Assembly (NCBI GenBank): GCA_958296135.2
Contig: CATQHZ020000001.1
Span: 3,584,001 to 3,648,000 of the forward strand
Length of the DNA stretch: 64,000 bases
Direction of reading: 5' to 3'
DNA from: an uncultured Poribacteria bacterium
Lineage (GTDB): Bacteria > Poribacteria > WGA-4E > WGA-3G
Shown here: in pieces, positions 20,492 through 30,531 of the stretch
Layout of the letters: the number at the start of each line of letters is the position of its first letter
Numbering within the stretch: position 1 is the stretch's first letter
Translations under genes and position numbers: made by a program
Notes under the pieces: generated by a model
Database searches by the model: none
Told to the model about the DNA's origin: nothing
Seen by the model: only the letters and a program-made list of their open reading frames with translations

Positions 20492-21355
20492 CTAACTTGA
20501 GATAACGCCTTGCTCCTCAAGCCAGACTTTCAACGGAACATCCGCGTCCTTCGGCGAAAAATGGCCGTTGGCATTCGTGCCGCCGCCAAGGAGTTGCTGA
20601 CGAATCGGGTCATTCCGTTCAAACATCTCCTTCGGAACGGTCATGTCGTCTTTGCTCCGCAGCCAGCGGTAGCCGTAGCCGTAGAAGAGCCCTTTGCGCG
20701 TGATGTCTGAATCGTTTTCGCTGCGCGCGTGCCAGATGCGCCGGTCGAAGAAAACCGCATCGCCGGGTTTGCAACAGACTGGGATGGCCCCTTCGGGGTG
20801 CGAACCGTCCATCGGCCGCTCCAAGGTATCCCACAGATGGCTGCCGGGAACGATGTAAAAATTCCCGCGCCCGATGTCTGAGCAGTCCGAAAGCCAATAA
20901 ACCACCTTGAGCGAGAGGCGGGGCCGCGGGGAACTTTCAATTTCGAGGTTGACACGTCCGCTATCCTGATGCCATCCGAGGGGTGTTGACTTACCGCGGC
21001 GTTCGGCGGGCCGCGGCGGCGTGATAATCAGATGGCTATGATACGAATAGATGTTCCACCCCAAAGTCCCCCACACCTTTGGGAACGTCTTATACCAATC
21101 CAGAATGTTGACGAAAAGCTGGTCTTTCCCGAGGAAATTGGGGTAGAAGAAATTCTTGTGAGGTGTCATCGGACTTTCGGTGTAGGGATCGTATCCCGCG
21201 TCCAGATGTTCGTTGTAAATCTGATCGACGCGCGCCTCTAAGCGCGCGACAAGGGGCGGCGGCAGCGCATTTTCAACGATGAAATACCCTTTCTCGTTCA
21301 GCCCTCGGCGCTGCTCATCGGTAATCTGATGTTGCAGATGGCGTTCGTCAAGCAT
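20492..21355 (-). CDS. PhyH-family dioxygenase
   Basis: GWHQD, YIVPGSH, KPGDAVFFDRRIWHA, RKGLFYGY. Confidence 0.88.
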   Translation of the reverse strand: MLDERHLQHQITDEQRRGLNEKGYFIVENALPPPLVARLEARVDQIYNEHLDAGYDPYTESPMTPHKNFFYPNFLGKDQLFVNILDWYKTFPKVWGTLGWNIYSYHSHLIITPPRPAERRGKSTPLGWHQDSGRVNLEIESSPRPRLSLKVVYWLSDCSDIGRGNFYIVPGSHLWDTLERPMDGSHPEGAIPVCCKPGDAVFFDRRIWHARSENDSDITRKGLFYGYGYRWLRSKDDMTVPKEMFERNDPIRQQLLGGGTNANGHFSPKDADVPLKVWLEEQGVISS

Positions 21356-21370
21356 AGCTTCGTCCTCCTA

Positions 21371-22321
21371 TCACGGTAAAGGTCCTTCTATCTCATCGAC
21401 AAGACGAATGGAATGAATAACATCGCGGAGATCGGTGAGCGGCACGTTGCCATTGCGCACGCAATCAATGAAATGGCGATGCATCGTGAGCACGCCTTCA
21501 TAGTTCGACGTATCGCCCGGGTCAACGCCATCAACTTCCCAACCACCCATGACGCTTCGGTTGTTATCCTCGTAAATTTCGATTTCTTCCGGGATTTTCA
21601 TATAACAGCCGATGCCAACTCCGTGCAATTCGGAGCGGAGCACGCGGCCGCCGGAAGCCCGGTTCCCGAAGAGCACCCCCGTGACATTGTTATCAAACCG
21701 GACGAACGCCGTATAGCAGTTCCGCTGTTCTGCCCCGAACGTATCGCGATGCGCTGTGACTTCCACCGGTTCCCCGCCTGCCATGTAGCGCAGCAAATCC
21801 ACGACGTGACAGACATCGTTCCACAGCGTCGTCGTAAATTCGCGATTCTGTCCAATCATTTGCTTGTTGAATGTCGTTACAGCAAGCGAGACGGGGCCCT
21901 TCTCAGCGACGCGCCGCATCGCCTCGCGCGTTACGGCGGCGTACCGCCGCTGAAACCCAACCATGCAGTAGACATCGTTGGCGACAGCGGCTTCCAGCAA
22001 CTGCTGCGTCTCATCGCTCGTCGCACCCGGCGGCTTTTCAATAAACAGATGCTTCCCGGCGTTGAGGCAATCCAGCGCGGGTTGCAAAATCCACTTCTCG
22101 TTCATGACACAGTAAACGATGTCCAACTCTACCGTATCCAACATCTTCCGGTGATCGGTGAAGGACTGTGGGAACTCATATTTCTGCGCCACTTGGGCAA
22201 GCTTCGCCTCGTCAAGTTCACACGCCGCAAGCATCTCAACATCGTCCTCAAGCCGGTTGACGCTCGGATAATGCGCCCCCTGGCTGCGCCCGCCTGCACC
22301 GATAAATCCTGCTTTCAACAT
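21371..22321 (-). CDS. Gfo/Idh/MocA oxidoreductase
   Basis: GFIGAGG, GKHLFIEKP, VGFQRRY, HVVDL. Confidence 0.9.
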   Translation of the reverse strand: MLKAGFIGAGGRSQGAHYPSVNRLEDDVEMLAACELDEAKLAQVAQKYEFPQSFTDHRKMLDTVELDIVYCVMNEKWILQPALDCLNAGKHLFIEKPPGATSDETQQLLEAAVANDVYCMVGFQRRYAAVTREAMRRVAEKGPVSLAVTTFNKQMIGQNREFTTTLWNDVCHVVDLLRYMAGGEPVEVTAHRDTFGAEQRNCYTAFVRFDNNVTGVLFGNRASGGRVLRSELHGVGIGCYMKIPEEIEIYEDNNRSVMGGWEVDGVDPGDTSNYEGVLTMHRHFIDCVRNGNVPLTDLRDVIHSIRLVDEIEGPLP

Positions 22322-22499
22322 TGGGAGCGCCTCCTCATCTCAGATTATGATTTAATTTTAGCATATTGCCGAAAATATTTTCAAGCCAATTTTTGACCCG
22401 GGACAAAAAAACTTGACAATCTTCACATTTTGTAATAGACTGGTTTATGGAATATGCACACCGGCTGTTTTTTTACAGCCAGCCCTTTGGAGGCACTCT

Positions 22500-24182
22500 A
22501 TGACGACACTACAAAAAAGCCTCATCGGCATCTTCATTTTTATCAGCATCTGTTTGGGATTGATGTGGCGCGCGGGACAAGTCGTCGCGGACGCTAGCCT
22601 CGTATGGTATAGCGTGATACCGCCATTGCTCGCTGTCACACTCGCTATTCTGACAACGCGCCTAATCTTAAGTCTCGGCATAGCCGTCGGCATCGGCCTT
22701 GGGCTTGCATGGACAAGACAGGATGTAACCGGCGGAATCGCGACCGGGAAATCGCTCCTATGGGAGATAGTGTGGTTCGCGCGCGAGGTTACCATCAAAA
22801 ACGAACCTAACATCGATCTCTTCAATATCTGGGTAATCTTGTTCGTCTTGCTTATCATGGCGACGATTGCTGTCGTAGTCGCATCGGGCGGTATTGCAGG
22901 CGTTGTGACGTGGCTGTCGCGGTTTGCCAAGGGGCCGCGCTCTACGCAAATCATCACCGCCGTGATGGGAATTGTCATTTTTATCGGCGATTATTCCAAC
23001 GCGATGCTCGTCGGCCCGACGATGCGGCCCCTAACAGATTATCATCGGGTGAGTCGTGAAAAGCTGGCCTATATCGTCGATTCCACCAGCGCGCCTATCG
23101 CAGGACTCGCCTTCGTCAGCACATGGATAGGCTATGAGGTTGGCCTTTTTAACGATGTCGCGAAATCCATAGGAATTGAACGCGACGGCTACTCCATGTT
23201 CTTTGACGCGCTCGGATTTCGGTTTTATTGCATTCTGACAATCATTTTTGTCATTGTCAACGCAATCAGTGGACGTGATTACGGCGCGATGCGGAAAGCA
23301 GAAGCGCGCGCGCGGGAGACAGGTGCCGTGGCTGAACCCGATGCCCAACTCGTCGGAGACACGACATCGTCGGAAATCGCGCCGAGTGCTGCCACACATC
23401 CGTTTTCAGCAGTGCTCCCGCTCCTAACGCTTTTTTCTTTGTTACTCGGCGGTTTCTGGGTAGATGGGCAGGGCACGGGCACCATCTTCTCCCTCACCGC
23501 ATGGCGCGACGCGCTCTCGAATGCCGATAACGTCAAGGTTCTCGCTATTGCCGCCGCTAGCGGATTCTTCGTCGCGATAGTTTGCGCACGCGGGCTATCC
23601 AACATGAGATTCGCGGATATCGGCACCGCCGTGTGGAACGGCGTGAAGTCTAGTTTTATTCCACTGAGTATCCTGTTGTTGGCTTGGGGATTAAAAGCGA
23701 GTTGCGATAGACTCATGACAGGCGCATTCCTCGCGGCGATGCTGCAGGATGTCGTCTCACCACTCTGGTTTCCCATCCTCGTCTTTACGTGCGCGTCCGC
23801 CTGCTCGTTTGCTACCGGCACCAGCTGGGGCACCATGGCGATTCTCATCCCCACCGCGATTCCGGTGGCATTCGCTCTTGATGGAAATATCTACGGCCTG
23901 ACGACAATCATCTGTTTAGGGGCCGTGTTAGACGGTGCCATCTTCGGAGACCACTGTTCCCCGCTCTCGGATACGACTATCCTGAGTTCTATCGCGAGTA
24001 ACTGCGCGCCGCTGCACCATGTCCGAACCCAATTGCCTTACGCGCTCACCGTTGCAGGCATCGCCTTCGTATGCGGATACCTGCCGGCGGCGTTGAACAT
24101 TTCTTCCGCTATCGGCATTGCGGCCGGCACGGGGCTCATTGTGCTACTGTTTTATGGGTTGTCGCGGCTGCGTTCGTCTTAA
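22500..24182 (+). CDS. NhaC-family Na+/H+ antiporter-like transporter
   Basis: SREKLAYIVDSTSAP, FATGTSWGTMAI, GAIFGDHCSPLSDTT, HVRTQLPYAL. Confidence 0.9.
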   Translation: MTTLQKSLIGIFIFISICLGLMWRAGQVVADASLVWYSVIPPLLAVTLAILTTRLILSLGIAVGIGLGLAWTRQDVTGGIATGKSLLWEIVWFAREVTIKNEPNIDLFNIWVILFVLLIMATIAVVVASGGIAGVVTWLSRFAKGPRSTQIITAVMGIVIFIGDYSNAMLVGPTMRPLTDYHRVSREKLAYIVDSTSAPIAGLAFVSTWIGYEVGLFNDVAKSIGIERDGYSMFFDALGFRFYCILTIIFVIVNAISGRDYGAMRKAEARARETGAVAEPDAQLVGDTTSSEIAPSAATHPFSAVLPLLTLFSLLLGGFWVDGQGTGTIFSLTAWRDALSNADNVKVLAIAAASGFFVAIVCARGLSNMRFADIGTAVWNGVKSSFIPLSILLLAWGLKASCDRLMTGAFLAAMLQDVVSPLWFPILVFTCASACSFATGTSWGTMAILIPTAIPVAFALDGNIYGLTTIICLGAVLDGAIFGDHCSPLSDTTILSSIASNCAPLHHVRTQLPYALTVAGIAFVCGYLPAALNISSAIGIAAGTGLIVLLFYGLSRLRSS

Positions 24183-24206
24183 CATTCAACACACTAGAAA
24201 CCAATT

Positions 24207-25973
24207 ATGAGTACTAAACTGAAAATATTTATCAGTGCCTTCGTCTTTGTCAGCATCACGCTTGCCTGTATCCTCGGTGCGCAGCAAGTCGATGCTGCCG
24301 CAGGACTCGTTTGGTATAGTGTGATACCGCCGCTGCTTGCTGTCACGCTCGCCATTCTCACAGCCCGATTCTTCTTGAGTCTCAGTGTCGCTGTTGGTGC
24401 AAGCATCGTGCTCAGCTGGATAAAACATTACCTGACGGCCGGCGAACCTGCCTCATCATTGATTCCCAATTTTTTCGGCGAAACTATCTGGTTTGTAGGG
24501 AAGGTGGCATTAGACTTAGAAAACATCTGGATGGCACTTTTCGTCTTTCTGATTTTGTCAATGATTGCGGTGGTGGTATCGTCCGGCGGCATGGGCGGCA
24601 TCGTCGCGTGGCTCTCGCGGTTTGCAAAAGGACCGCGCTCAACGCAAGTCGTCACCGCTTTGATAGGCGTGTTCGTCTTTATCGGTGACTATACGAGCGC
24701 GATGCTCACTGGGCCTAGCATGCGTCCGATGACAGACAGGTTCCGCGTTTGTCGTGAAAAACTGGCATACATCGTGGATTCTACCAGCGCGCCGATTACC
24801 GGGCTCGCCTTTGTCAGCACATGGATAGGTGTGGAAGTCGGACTTTTTAGCGACGTTTCAGGATCTCTGCAACTCGGCCGCGACGGTTACTCCATGTTCT
24901 TTGACGCGCTCGGATTCCGATTCTACTGCATCCTGACGATCATCTTTGTCATCATCAATGCAATCAGCGGTAGAGATTACGGTGCAATGCGAAAAGCCGC
25001 AACCCGCGCACGGGAGACAGGGGCGGTTTCCGAACCGAACGCTAAAATGCTCGGAGACCCGGCATCTTTTACGAGCACGCCAAACGTCGTCACGCAACCG
25101 TTGTCCGCCATCTTACCGCTCGTCACCCTTTTCGCGCTGCTCCTTGGCGGGCTCTGGCTGACAGCGGTTTGGGTGAGGGGCGAAGGAACCGAACTCATCC
25201 TCTCACCCGCCGCGTGGCAGGCCGTGCTGGCGAAACTCAAAGCAGAGGGGAAAGAACTCGGATTTATCCTCTCCCTCTCCGCCTGGAGAAATGTGCTAAC
25301 GACGCTGAAGACTGTTCAAATCCTTAGAATGCTAGCCTGTGCAGCGTGCGGCTCGCTTGTTGTCGCAATCATCTGCGCGCGCGGCTTATCAAAGCTGCAA
25401 TTTCCAGACATCCGCACCGCCGTTTTGGCCGGGCTCAAGGGTAGCCTCGTCCCCTTGGGAATTCTCGTCCTCGTCTGGGGTTTAAAAACTGGATGCAAAA
25501 GATTGGAGACAGGGCAATTTCTCGCGTTGATACTTGAAGGAAAGGTGCCTGTCCTGGTGTTCCCGATGCTCGTTTTTGCAACCGGGGCCGCCTGCTCGTT
25601 TGCAACAGGCTCTAGTTGGAGCACGATGGCAATTCTCATACCTACCGCCGTCCCGGTAGCGTATGCAATGGACGGGGATACCTACGGCTTGACGACGCTC
25701 ATTTGTCTCGGTGCGACGCTGGATGGGGCCATCTTCGGCGACCACTGCTCCCCGATTTCCGATACGACGGTTTTCAGCGCGATTGCCAGCAGCTGCGATG
25801 CGCTACACCACGTCCGAACCCAATTGCCTTATGCGCTCACCGTTGCGTTCATCGCGTTAGGGTGCGGCTATTTTCTCGCCGCGCTGGGGCTCTTTGCACC
25901 GCTCTGCATTCTCGTCGGGACAGGGGTGATTGCACTGCTCTTTTTTGGTATTTGTCGCCGCAGCGATGTGTAG
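24207..25973 (+). CDS. NhaC-family transporter, tandem paralog
   Basis: Same motifs as the upstream paralog. Confidence 0.9.
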   Translation: MSTKLKIFISAFVFVSITLACILGAQQVDAAAGLVWYSVIPPLLAVTLAILTARFFLSLSVAVGASIVLSWIKHYLTAGEPASSLIPNFFGETIWFVGKVALDLENIWMALFVFLILSMIAVVVSSGGMGGIVAWLSRFAKGPRSTQVVTALIGVFVFIGDYTSAMLTGPSMRPMTDRFRVCREKLAYIVDSTSAPITGLAFVSTWIGVEVGLFSDVSGSLQLGRDGYSMFFDALGFRFYCILTIIFVIINAISGRDYGAMRKAATRARETGAVSEPNAKMLGDPASFTSTPNVVTQPLSAILPLVTLFALLLGGLWLTAVWVRGEGTELILSPAAWQAVLAKLKAEGKELGFILSLSAWRNVLTTLKTVQILRMLACAACGSLVVAIICARGLSKLQFPDIRTAVLAGLKGSLVPLGILVLVWGLKTGCKRLETGQFLALILEGKVPVLVFPMLVFATGAACSFATGSSWSTMAILIPTAVPVAYAMDGDTYGLTTLICLGATLDGAIFGDHCSPISDTTVFSAIASSCDALHHVRTQLPYALTVAFIALGCGYFLAALGLFAPLCILVGTGVIALLFFGICRRSDV

Positions 25974-26013
25974 CCGTGCGCGTTGCGCGGCTATACATCC
26001 TGTTCCTCTTCGG

Positions 26014-26913
26014 CTACGAATGCCTATCCGGGAAACGCAGAAACCGTTTCGCATTGCCGCCCATGATGTCCGCTAACGCCGATGCCGATAGGTTGGGCAT
26101 CAGCTTTTCCACAACGGTGGTGAGCGCGCCGTATCCCGGGTCTTCCAAAATCCATGGAAAATCGGTCGCCCACATCAACCGCTTCGCACCGAAGTCATTC
26201 AGCAAATTGCGATGCCACCCTGCTAAATCCTGATACGGAAAGTCTGCATTGCTAAACGCGTACTGCCCAGAGAGATGCACGGTGACATTCTCAAACCGCG
26301 CCAACCGATAGGTAGTGTGCATCGCGAGGTTGTAGCCTGTCACCTGAACGCGCGGCCGCCCCTTCTCATCCCAACTGAATTTGCCTTTTCCTGGAGTCAT
26401 CCCCAGGTGGTTGAGGACAACCCGCACCTGCGGAAATTCCTGAATCAAATAGGGAAGCAGGTGCGCATCAATAGCACGCGGATAAAGCCACAACACGTAA
26501 TCCCGCTCCGCAGCGCAGCACCAGATAGGATACGTCTTGAATTCGCGCACATCCATCTTCGCAAAAATATCCCGCGGCCCGCCAAATTCGGAAAGCCGAA
26601 ACCCGATGATACCGGGATAACTTGCCAACTCTGCCATGTAATCCGCAGGGCGCGGATGTTCCGGCGGGATAAGCCCAATCCCCAGAAACCGTCCCGGGTA
26701 GGCGCGCAGGCAGTGAAGCAGGTACCGATGCTGTGCCAAACTCGTTCCACCAATCTGGACAAGCACCGCCTGGTCGATCTGGTGTCTCTCCATTTCCGCC
26801 AGCAGTTTTTCAACCGGTTCCTCCCGTTCCGCCGGACAAACCGGTGTCGTCTCGCGCGGAAATTCGGGTGACACTTTTGTAAATACGTGCAGATGCGCAT
26901 CAATTCGTGGCAT
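26014..26913 (-). CDS. Amidohydrolase_2 family protein
   Basis: IDAHLHV, VVLNHLG, RLMWATDFP, GGNA. Confidence 0.85.
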   Translation of the reverse strand: MPRIDAHLHVFTKVSPEFPRETTPVCPAEREEPVEKLLAEMERHQIDQAVLVQIGGTSLAQHRYLLHCLRAYPGRFLGIGLIPPEHPRPADYMAELASYPGIIGFRLSEFGGPRDIFAKMDVREFKTYPIWCCAAERDYVLWLYPRAIDAHLLPYLIQEFPQVRVVLNHLGMTPGKGKFSWDEKGRPRVQVTGYNLAMHTTYRLARFENVTVHLSGQYAFSNADFPYQDLAGWHRNLLNDFGAKRLMWATDFPWILEDPGYGALTTVVEKLMPNLSASALADIMGGNAKRFLRFPDRHS

Positions 26914-26967
26914 AAAAGATTCCTCCTTCACTACAAGATGCCGGGATTCGGACCGCGCCTCTCCAGA

Positions 26968-27681
26968 CTATGCCAAACTGAAAAGTTGCCGCCGCGCCGG
27001 AGTCTGACAAGACTCGGAGATAGCCGCGAACTGCTCTGGACTGACGCGACCCGGGGTCCGCTTCTCATAAATCAGAATAATTGATTGCCGCGGCACGTCC
27101 GAGTGGTTGTCCATAGACACGTGCCATCCATAGGAATTAAACATAATCGCCGTGCCGGCCTTACCGGGAAAAGTTTTGTGCCCCGGCATACTCTCTTGCC
27201 GCATCGGGCGCGTATAGGGCCCCGCGTCCGGCTTATGACTGCCCGGCACATAAGCAAATTCGCCGCACCCCGACGGGACATCGTTGACATAGATTTGCAC
27301 CTTAATGTGCAGCGGACTGCTCTGGGGAACATCCGGGTGCCATCCCGTGTAACTCACCGGCCACGGGGCCACCGTCCGAACCTGCGGTGCCAGCAGAATC
27401 AGTTCGTCATCCGTGAACGCCATCAGCGCGCCGTAGTAACTCGGATAATCGACAATGTCGATGAAAACCGGGTCTTTCTCAAACGGATTCGGGATGTCAT
27501 AAAAGGTGGCGGCGGCTTCGCCTGCTTCCACTCTCTCTAACCATTCCGCCTTACAAGCATCAGCCCAGTAATCAAACGCGGTCTGGAGTCGTTTCAGGGC
27601 TTCGCCCTGAATTGCGTTTTCAAAGACGAGGTAGCCTTCCGCTTCCCATTGCGCTTTTTGCGCTGCATCCGGTCGAATCAT
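26968..27681 (-). CDS. PhyH-family dioxygenase
   Basis: EGYLVFENA, GWHPD, YVPGSHK, AGTAIMFN..WH. Confidence 0.85.
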   Translation of the reverse strand: MIRPDAAQKAQWEAEGYLVFENAIQGEALKRLQTAFDYWADACKAEWLERVEAGEAAATFYDIPNPFEKDPVFIDIVDYPSYYGALMAFTDDELILLAPQVRTVAPWPVSYTGWHPDVPQSSPLHIKVQIYVNDVPSGCGEFAYVPGSHKPDAGPYTRPMRQESMPGHKTFPGKAGTAIMFNSYGWHVSMDNHSDVPRQSIILIYEKRTPGRVSPEQFAAISESCQTPARRQLFSLA

Positions 27682-27691
27682 GAGATGCCTC

Positions 27692-28735
27692 CTATTTTAT
27701 CTTGCCTCTGCCTGCAATCCGCCAAATCGCCTCAACGGTATCGGCTCGCACCGCGGCGAGTTCATCGTGGAGATTGCTCGTCATCCCTTGGTGTAGCGGG
27801 ATGACAGAGAGCCGTTCGCCCACCCGAAACCGATGCGAACATCCGCTGACATCCACGTGCCCGTGTTCAACGGACATGCCATAAATCTTCGCATCGGAAT
27901 GTTCAATGATATGGCCATAAGGTGTCGGCGGATAACTGGCGAACGTCTTTTGTCCGCCATCGACGATAATCCTGTCGGGTGTCGGCGTGCTGACGACTGT
28001 TACGATGACGCGGAGCGCGCACCGCCGCGGATGCAACATCTCCGAATTCCCGACGCGCGTCATGCCTTCATAGACATACGAACCGCTGCGCGTCTCCGTG
28101 CAACCGAGTTCCTTGGAGAATTTCTCCGCGCCTGTGCCGCCGCCGCTGATGACGTTGACGGGGATGCCATCGCGCGTGAGGCGTGCAACTGTCTCGTCGA
28201 GGAACGGCTTCGCGCGCGGATTGCTCGGATACGTCATGATGCCTCGAAAATCGAGCCCCGGCATCTTCATAACCGTCCGCGCGAGGTGTTGCGCCTCTTG
28301 TGGCGAACCGACACCACACCTGCCACCGCCCGTATCAAGTTCTAGTATCACAGGCACGACACACCCGTCTGCACTCGCTTGCTGAGAGAGCCCTGTCGCC
28401 GTCTCTTTGGAATCGAGAGCCACCGTGATGCGTGCGCGCTTCAGCAGTGCAGTCAACCGCTTCAGTTTCGGTATCCCGACGATATTGTAGGGAATGAGGA
28501 TATCGTCGATCTCCGCGTCTACCATCGCCTCTGCTTCGCCGAGTTTCTGACAGGTAATCCCTTGCGAGCCCGCGGCGATTTGTAATTTTGCGATTTCTGG
28601 CACCTTATGCGTCTTTGCATGCACGCGCAGTGGAATGTCCAACTGTTTGCAGTACGCGGCCATCCCGTCAATGTTCCGCGCCAGCACGTCCAAATCGACA
28701 ACGAGCGCAGGGGTATCCAGGGCTGTGATGTCCAT
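27692..28735 (-). CDS. PLP-dependent D-threonine aldolase/DSD1-family enzyme (alanine racemase fold)
   Basis: LDTPALVVD, LRVHAKTHK, CQKLGEAE, RSGSYVY, SVEHG. Confidence 0.88.
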   Translation of the reverse strand: MDITALDTPALVVDLDVLARNIDGMAAYCKQLDIPLRVHAKTHKVPEIAKLQIAAGSQGITCQKLGEAEAMVDAEIDDILIPYNIVGIPKLKRLTALLKRARITVALDSKETATGLSQQASADGCVVPVILELDTGGGRCGVGSPQEAQHLARTVMKMPGLDFRGIMTYPSNPRAKPFLDETVARLTRDGIPVNVISGGGTGAEKFSKELGCTETRSGSYVYEGMTRVGNSEMLHPRRCALRVIVTVVSTPTPDRIIVDGGQKTFASYPPTPYGHIIEHSDAKIYGMSVEHGHVDVSGCSHRFRVGERLSVIPLHQGMTSNLHDELAAVRADTVEAIWRIAGRGKIK

Positions 28736-28914
28736 CTATTTTCCCCTCCAGAGGATTTCTAGGAAGAGTTTATCTATTGTTTACCTTTTTGTCAACAAAA
28801 AACAAAAGTTTGTAACTCAGGCTCGCCTACTATCCAGGCCAAACGAATCAGGATCCGGCGATTCTGAACGACAGAAGTGATACGAATCAACGTCATACCG
28901 CGATTCCCGCGTGA

Positions 28915-29045
28915 GCCAGCCCGCCGCCCTACGGTAAAGATATGACGGTGCCCGTAGCGCGAGGGCCTGTCCCTCGCGAGCGGTGTTTGAGCCGGCCCGG
29001 TGCCCGTAGCGCGAGGGCCTGTCCCTCGCGAGCGGTGTTTCTGTC
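28915..29045. repeat. Tandem GTAG-type REP-like palindromes
   Basis: CGGTGCCCGTAGCGCGAGGGCCTGTCCCTCGCGAGCGGTGTTT occurs twice, next to an inverted CCCTACGGT copy. Confidence 0.8.
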
Positions 29046-29274
29046 GGATGTGCCGCGCCGTCCCGTTGTTTTTAACGCTCATCGTGTTCTTTGCTGAACG
29101 AGGCGTTCGTGGCTGTCGCCGGTGGCGATGTCCGGTTTCCAAAATTTGACAAACCCACCCCATTTATGATATACTAATGAACATATCTTCACAAAAAAGG
29201 ATTAAACAGAGCTATCCAGGTCTTCCCTTCACTCGGTAGTCAAAACTGAAACTAAATGGCTCTGGGAATCAAAA

Positions 29275-30531
29275 GTGAATAACGTCTTTGATACCCTCAA
29301 GGAACGGGGGTTCGTCCAGCAATGCACGCATGAAGAAAACGTCGCGCAACTGCTCGCCGAAAAGCAGATAACCTACTACGTCGGCTTCGACCCGACGGCT
29401 GAGAGTCTGCATGCGGGGAGCCTCGTGCCTCTCATGGCCATGGCGCATTTGCAGCGCGCCGGACATCAACCCATCGCTATCATCGGCGGCGGAACAACGA
29501 TGATAGGCGACCCGAGCGATAAGACAGAGATGCGTCAGTTGTTACCGCGCGAACAAATTGCGGCGAACGGCGCAAGCATCTTGGAACAACTCCAGCGGTA
29601 CGTCAAACTTGACACGCCGACGACTCACGCGAACAACGCGGGGGGACTGTTTCTGGATAACGCCGAATGGCTGCTGCCGCTGAACTACATTGACTTTCTG
29701 CGCGATATCGGCAGGCACTTCCGCGTTAACGAAATGATCCGTGCCGAAGCGTATCGCCAACGCCTTGACCGGGAAGAGGGACTCTCGTTCCTTGAATTCA
29801 ACTACCAACTGCTGCAGGCTTACGACTTCTTGCACCTCTATCAGCAGTATGGATGCGCGCTACAACTCGGCGGCGATGACCAGTGGAGCAACATCCTCGC
29901 CGGGGTATCCCTGGTACGGCGGCTTGAGGGAGAACGGGTGCACGCGCTCACCTTCCCCTTGCTCACAACAGCAAGCGGCGCGAAAATGGGAAAAACTGCG
30001 GACGGCGCAGTCTGGCTCGATGCAAACAAAACATCGCCCTACGAATTTTATCAATACTGGATTAACACCGATGACCGGGATGTAGAGCAGTTCTTAGCCT
30101 ATTTCACCTTTCTGCCGATGGACGAAGTGCAGCGGCTCGGCGGTTTGGAACACGCGGCAATTCGGGAGGCGAAGGCAGTGCTCGCCTACGAAGCAACGAA
30201 ACTCGCGCACGGAAAAGCGGCGGCGGACAAAGCGCAGGCGGCATCGCGCGCAGCATTCGGAGGCAGCGGACAAGAACTGGAGGCAATGCCAACCTCCACT
30301 CTCCCCACTGAACGCATCCACGCAGGCATTCCTATCATGGAGTTATTCCATGAAGTCGGTTTAGCGAGTTCGCGGAGTGAAGCGCGACGGCTCATCCAGC
30401 AAGGCGGGGCCTATATCCACGAAAAGCAGTATCGCACCATCAATACCGTCGTCGATGCAACGCTACTAGAGAATAACGCGCTGCGTCTCCGTGCCGGCAA
30501 AAAACGTTACCATCGCGTCGTGTTTGAATGA
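29275..30531 (+). CDS. tyrS: Tyrosyl-tRNA synthetase
   Basis: YVGFDPTAESLHAGS, GGDDQWSNI, KMGKT, C-terminal S4 domain. Confidence 0.97.
   Translation: MNNVFDTLKERGFVQQCTHEENVAQLLAEKQITYYVGFDPTAESLHAGSLVPLMAMAHLQRAGHQPIAIIGGGTTMIGDPSDKTEMRQLLPREQIAANGASILEQLQRYVKLDTPTTHANNAGGLFLDNAEWLLPLNYIDFLRDIGRHFRVNEMIRAEAYRQRLDREEGLSFLEFNYQLLQAYDFLHLYQQYGCALQLGGDDQWSNILAGVSLVRRLEGERVHALTFPLLTTASGAKMGKTADGAVWLDANKTSPYEFYQYWINTDDRDVEQFLAYFTFLPMDEVQRLGGLEHAAIREAKAVLAYEATKLAHGKAAADKAQAASRAAFGGSGQELEAMPTSTLPTERIHAGIPIMELFHEVGLASSRSEARRLIQQGGAYIHEKQYRTINTVVDATLLENNALRLRAGKKRYHRVVFE

Noticed and set aside
29147-29274. Possible T-box riboswitch upstream of tyrS
   Set aside because: The leader is short and has no T-box motif or terminator; only a promoter-like sequence is visible
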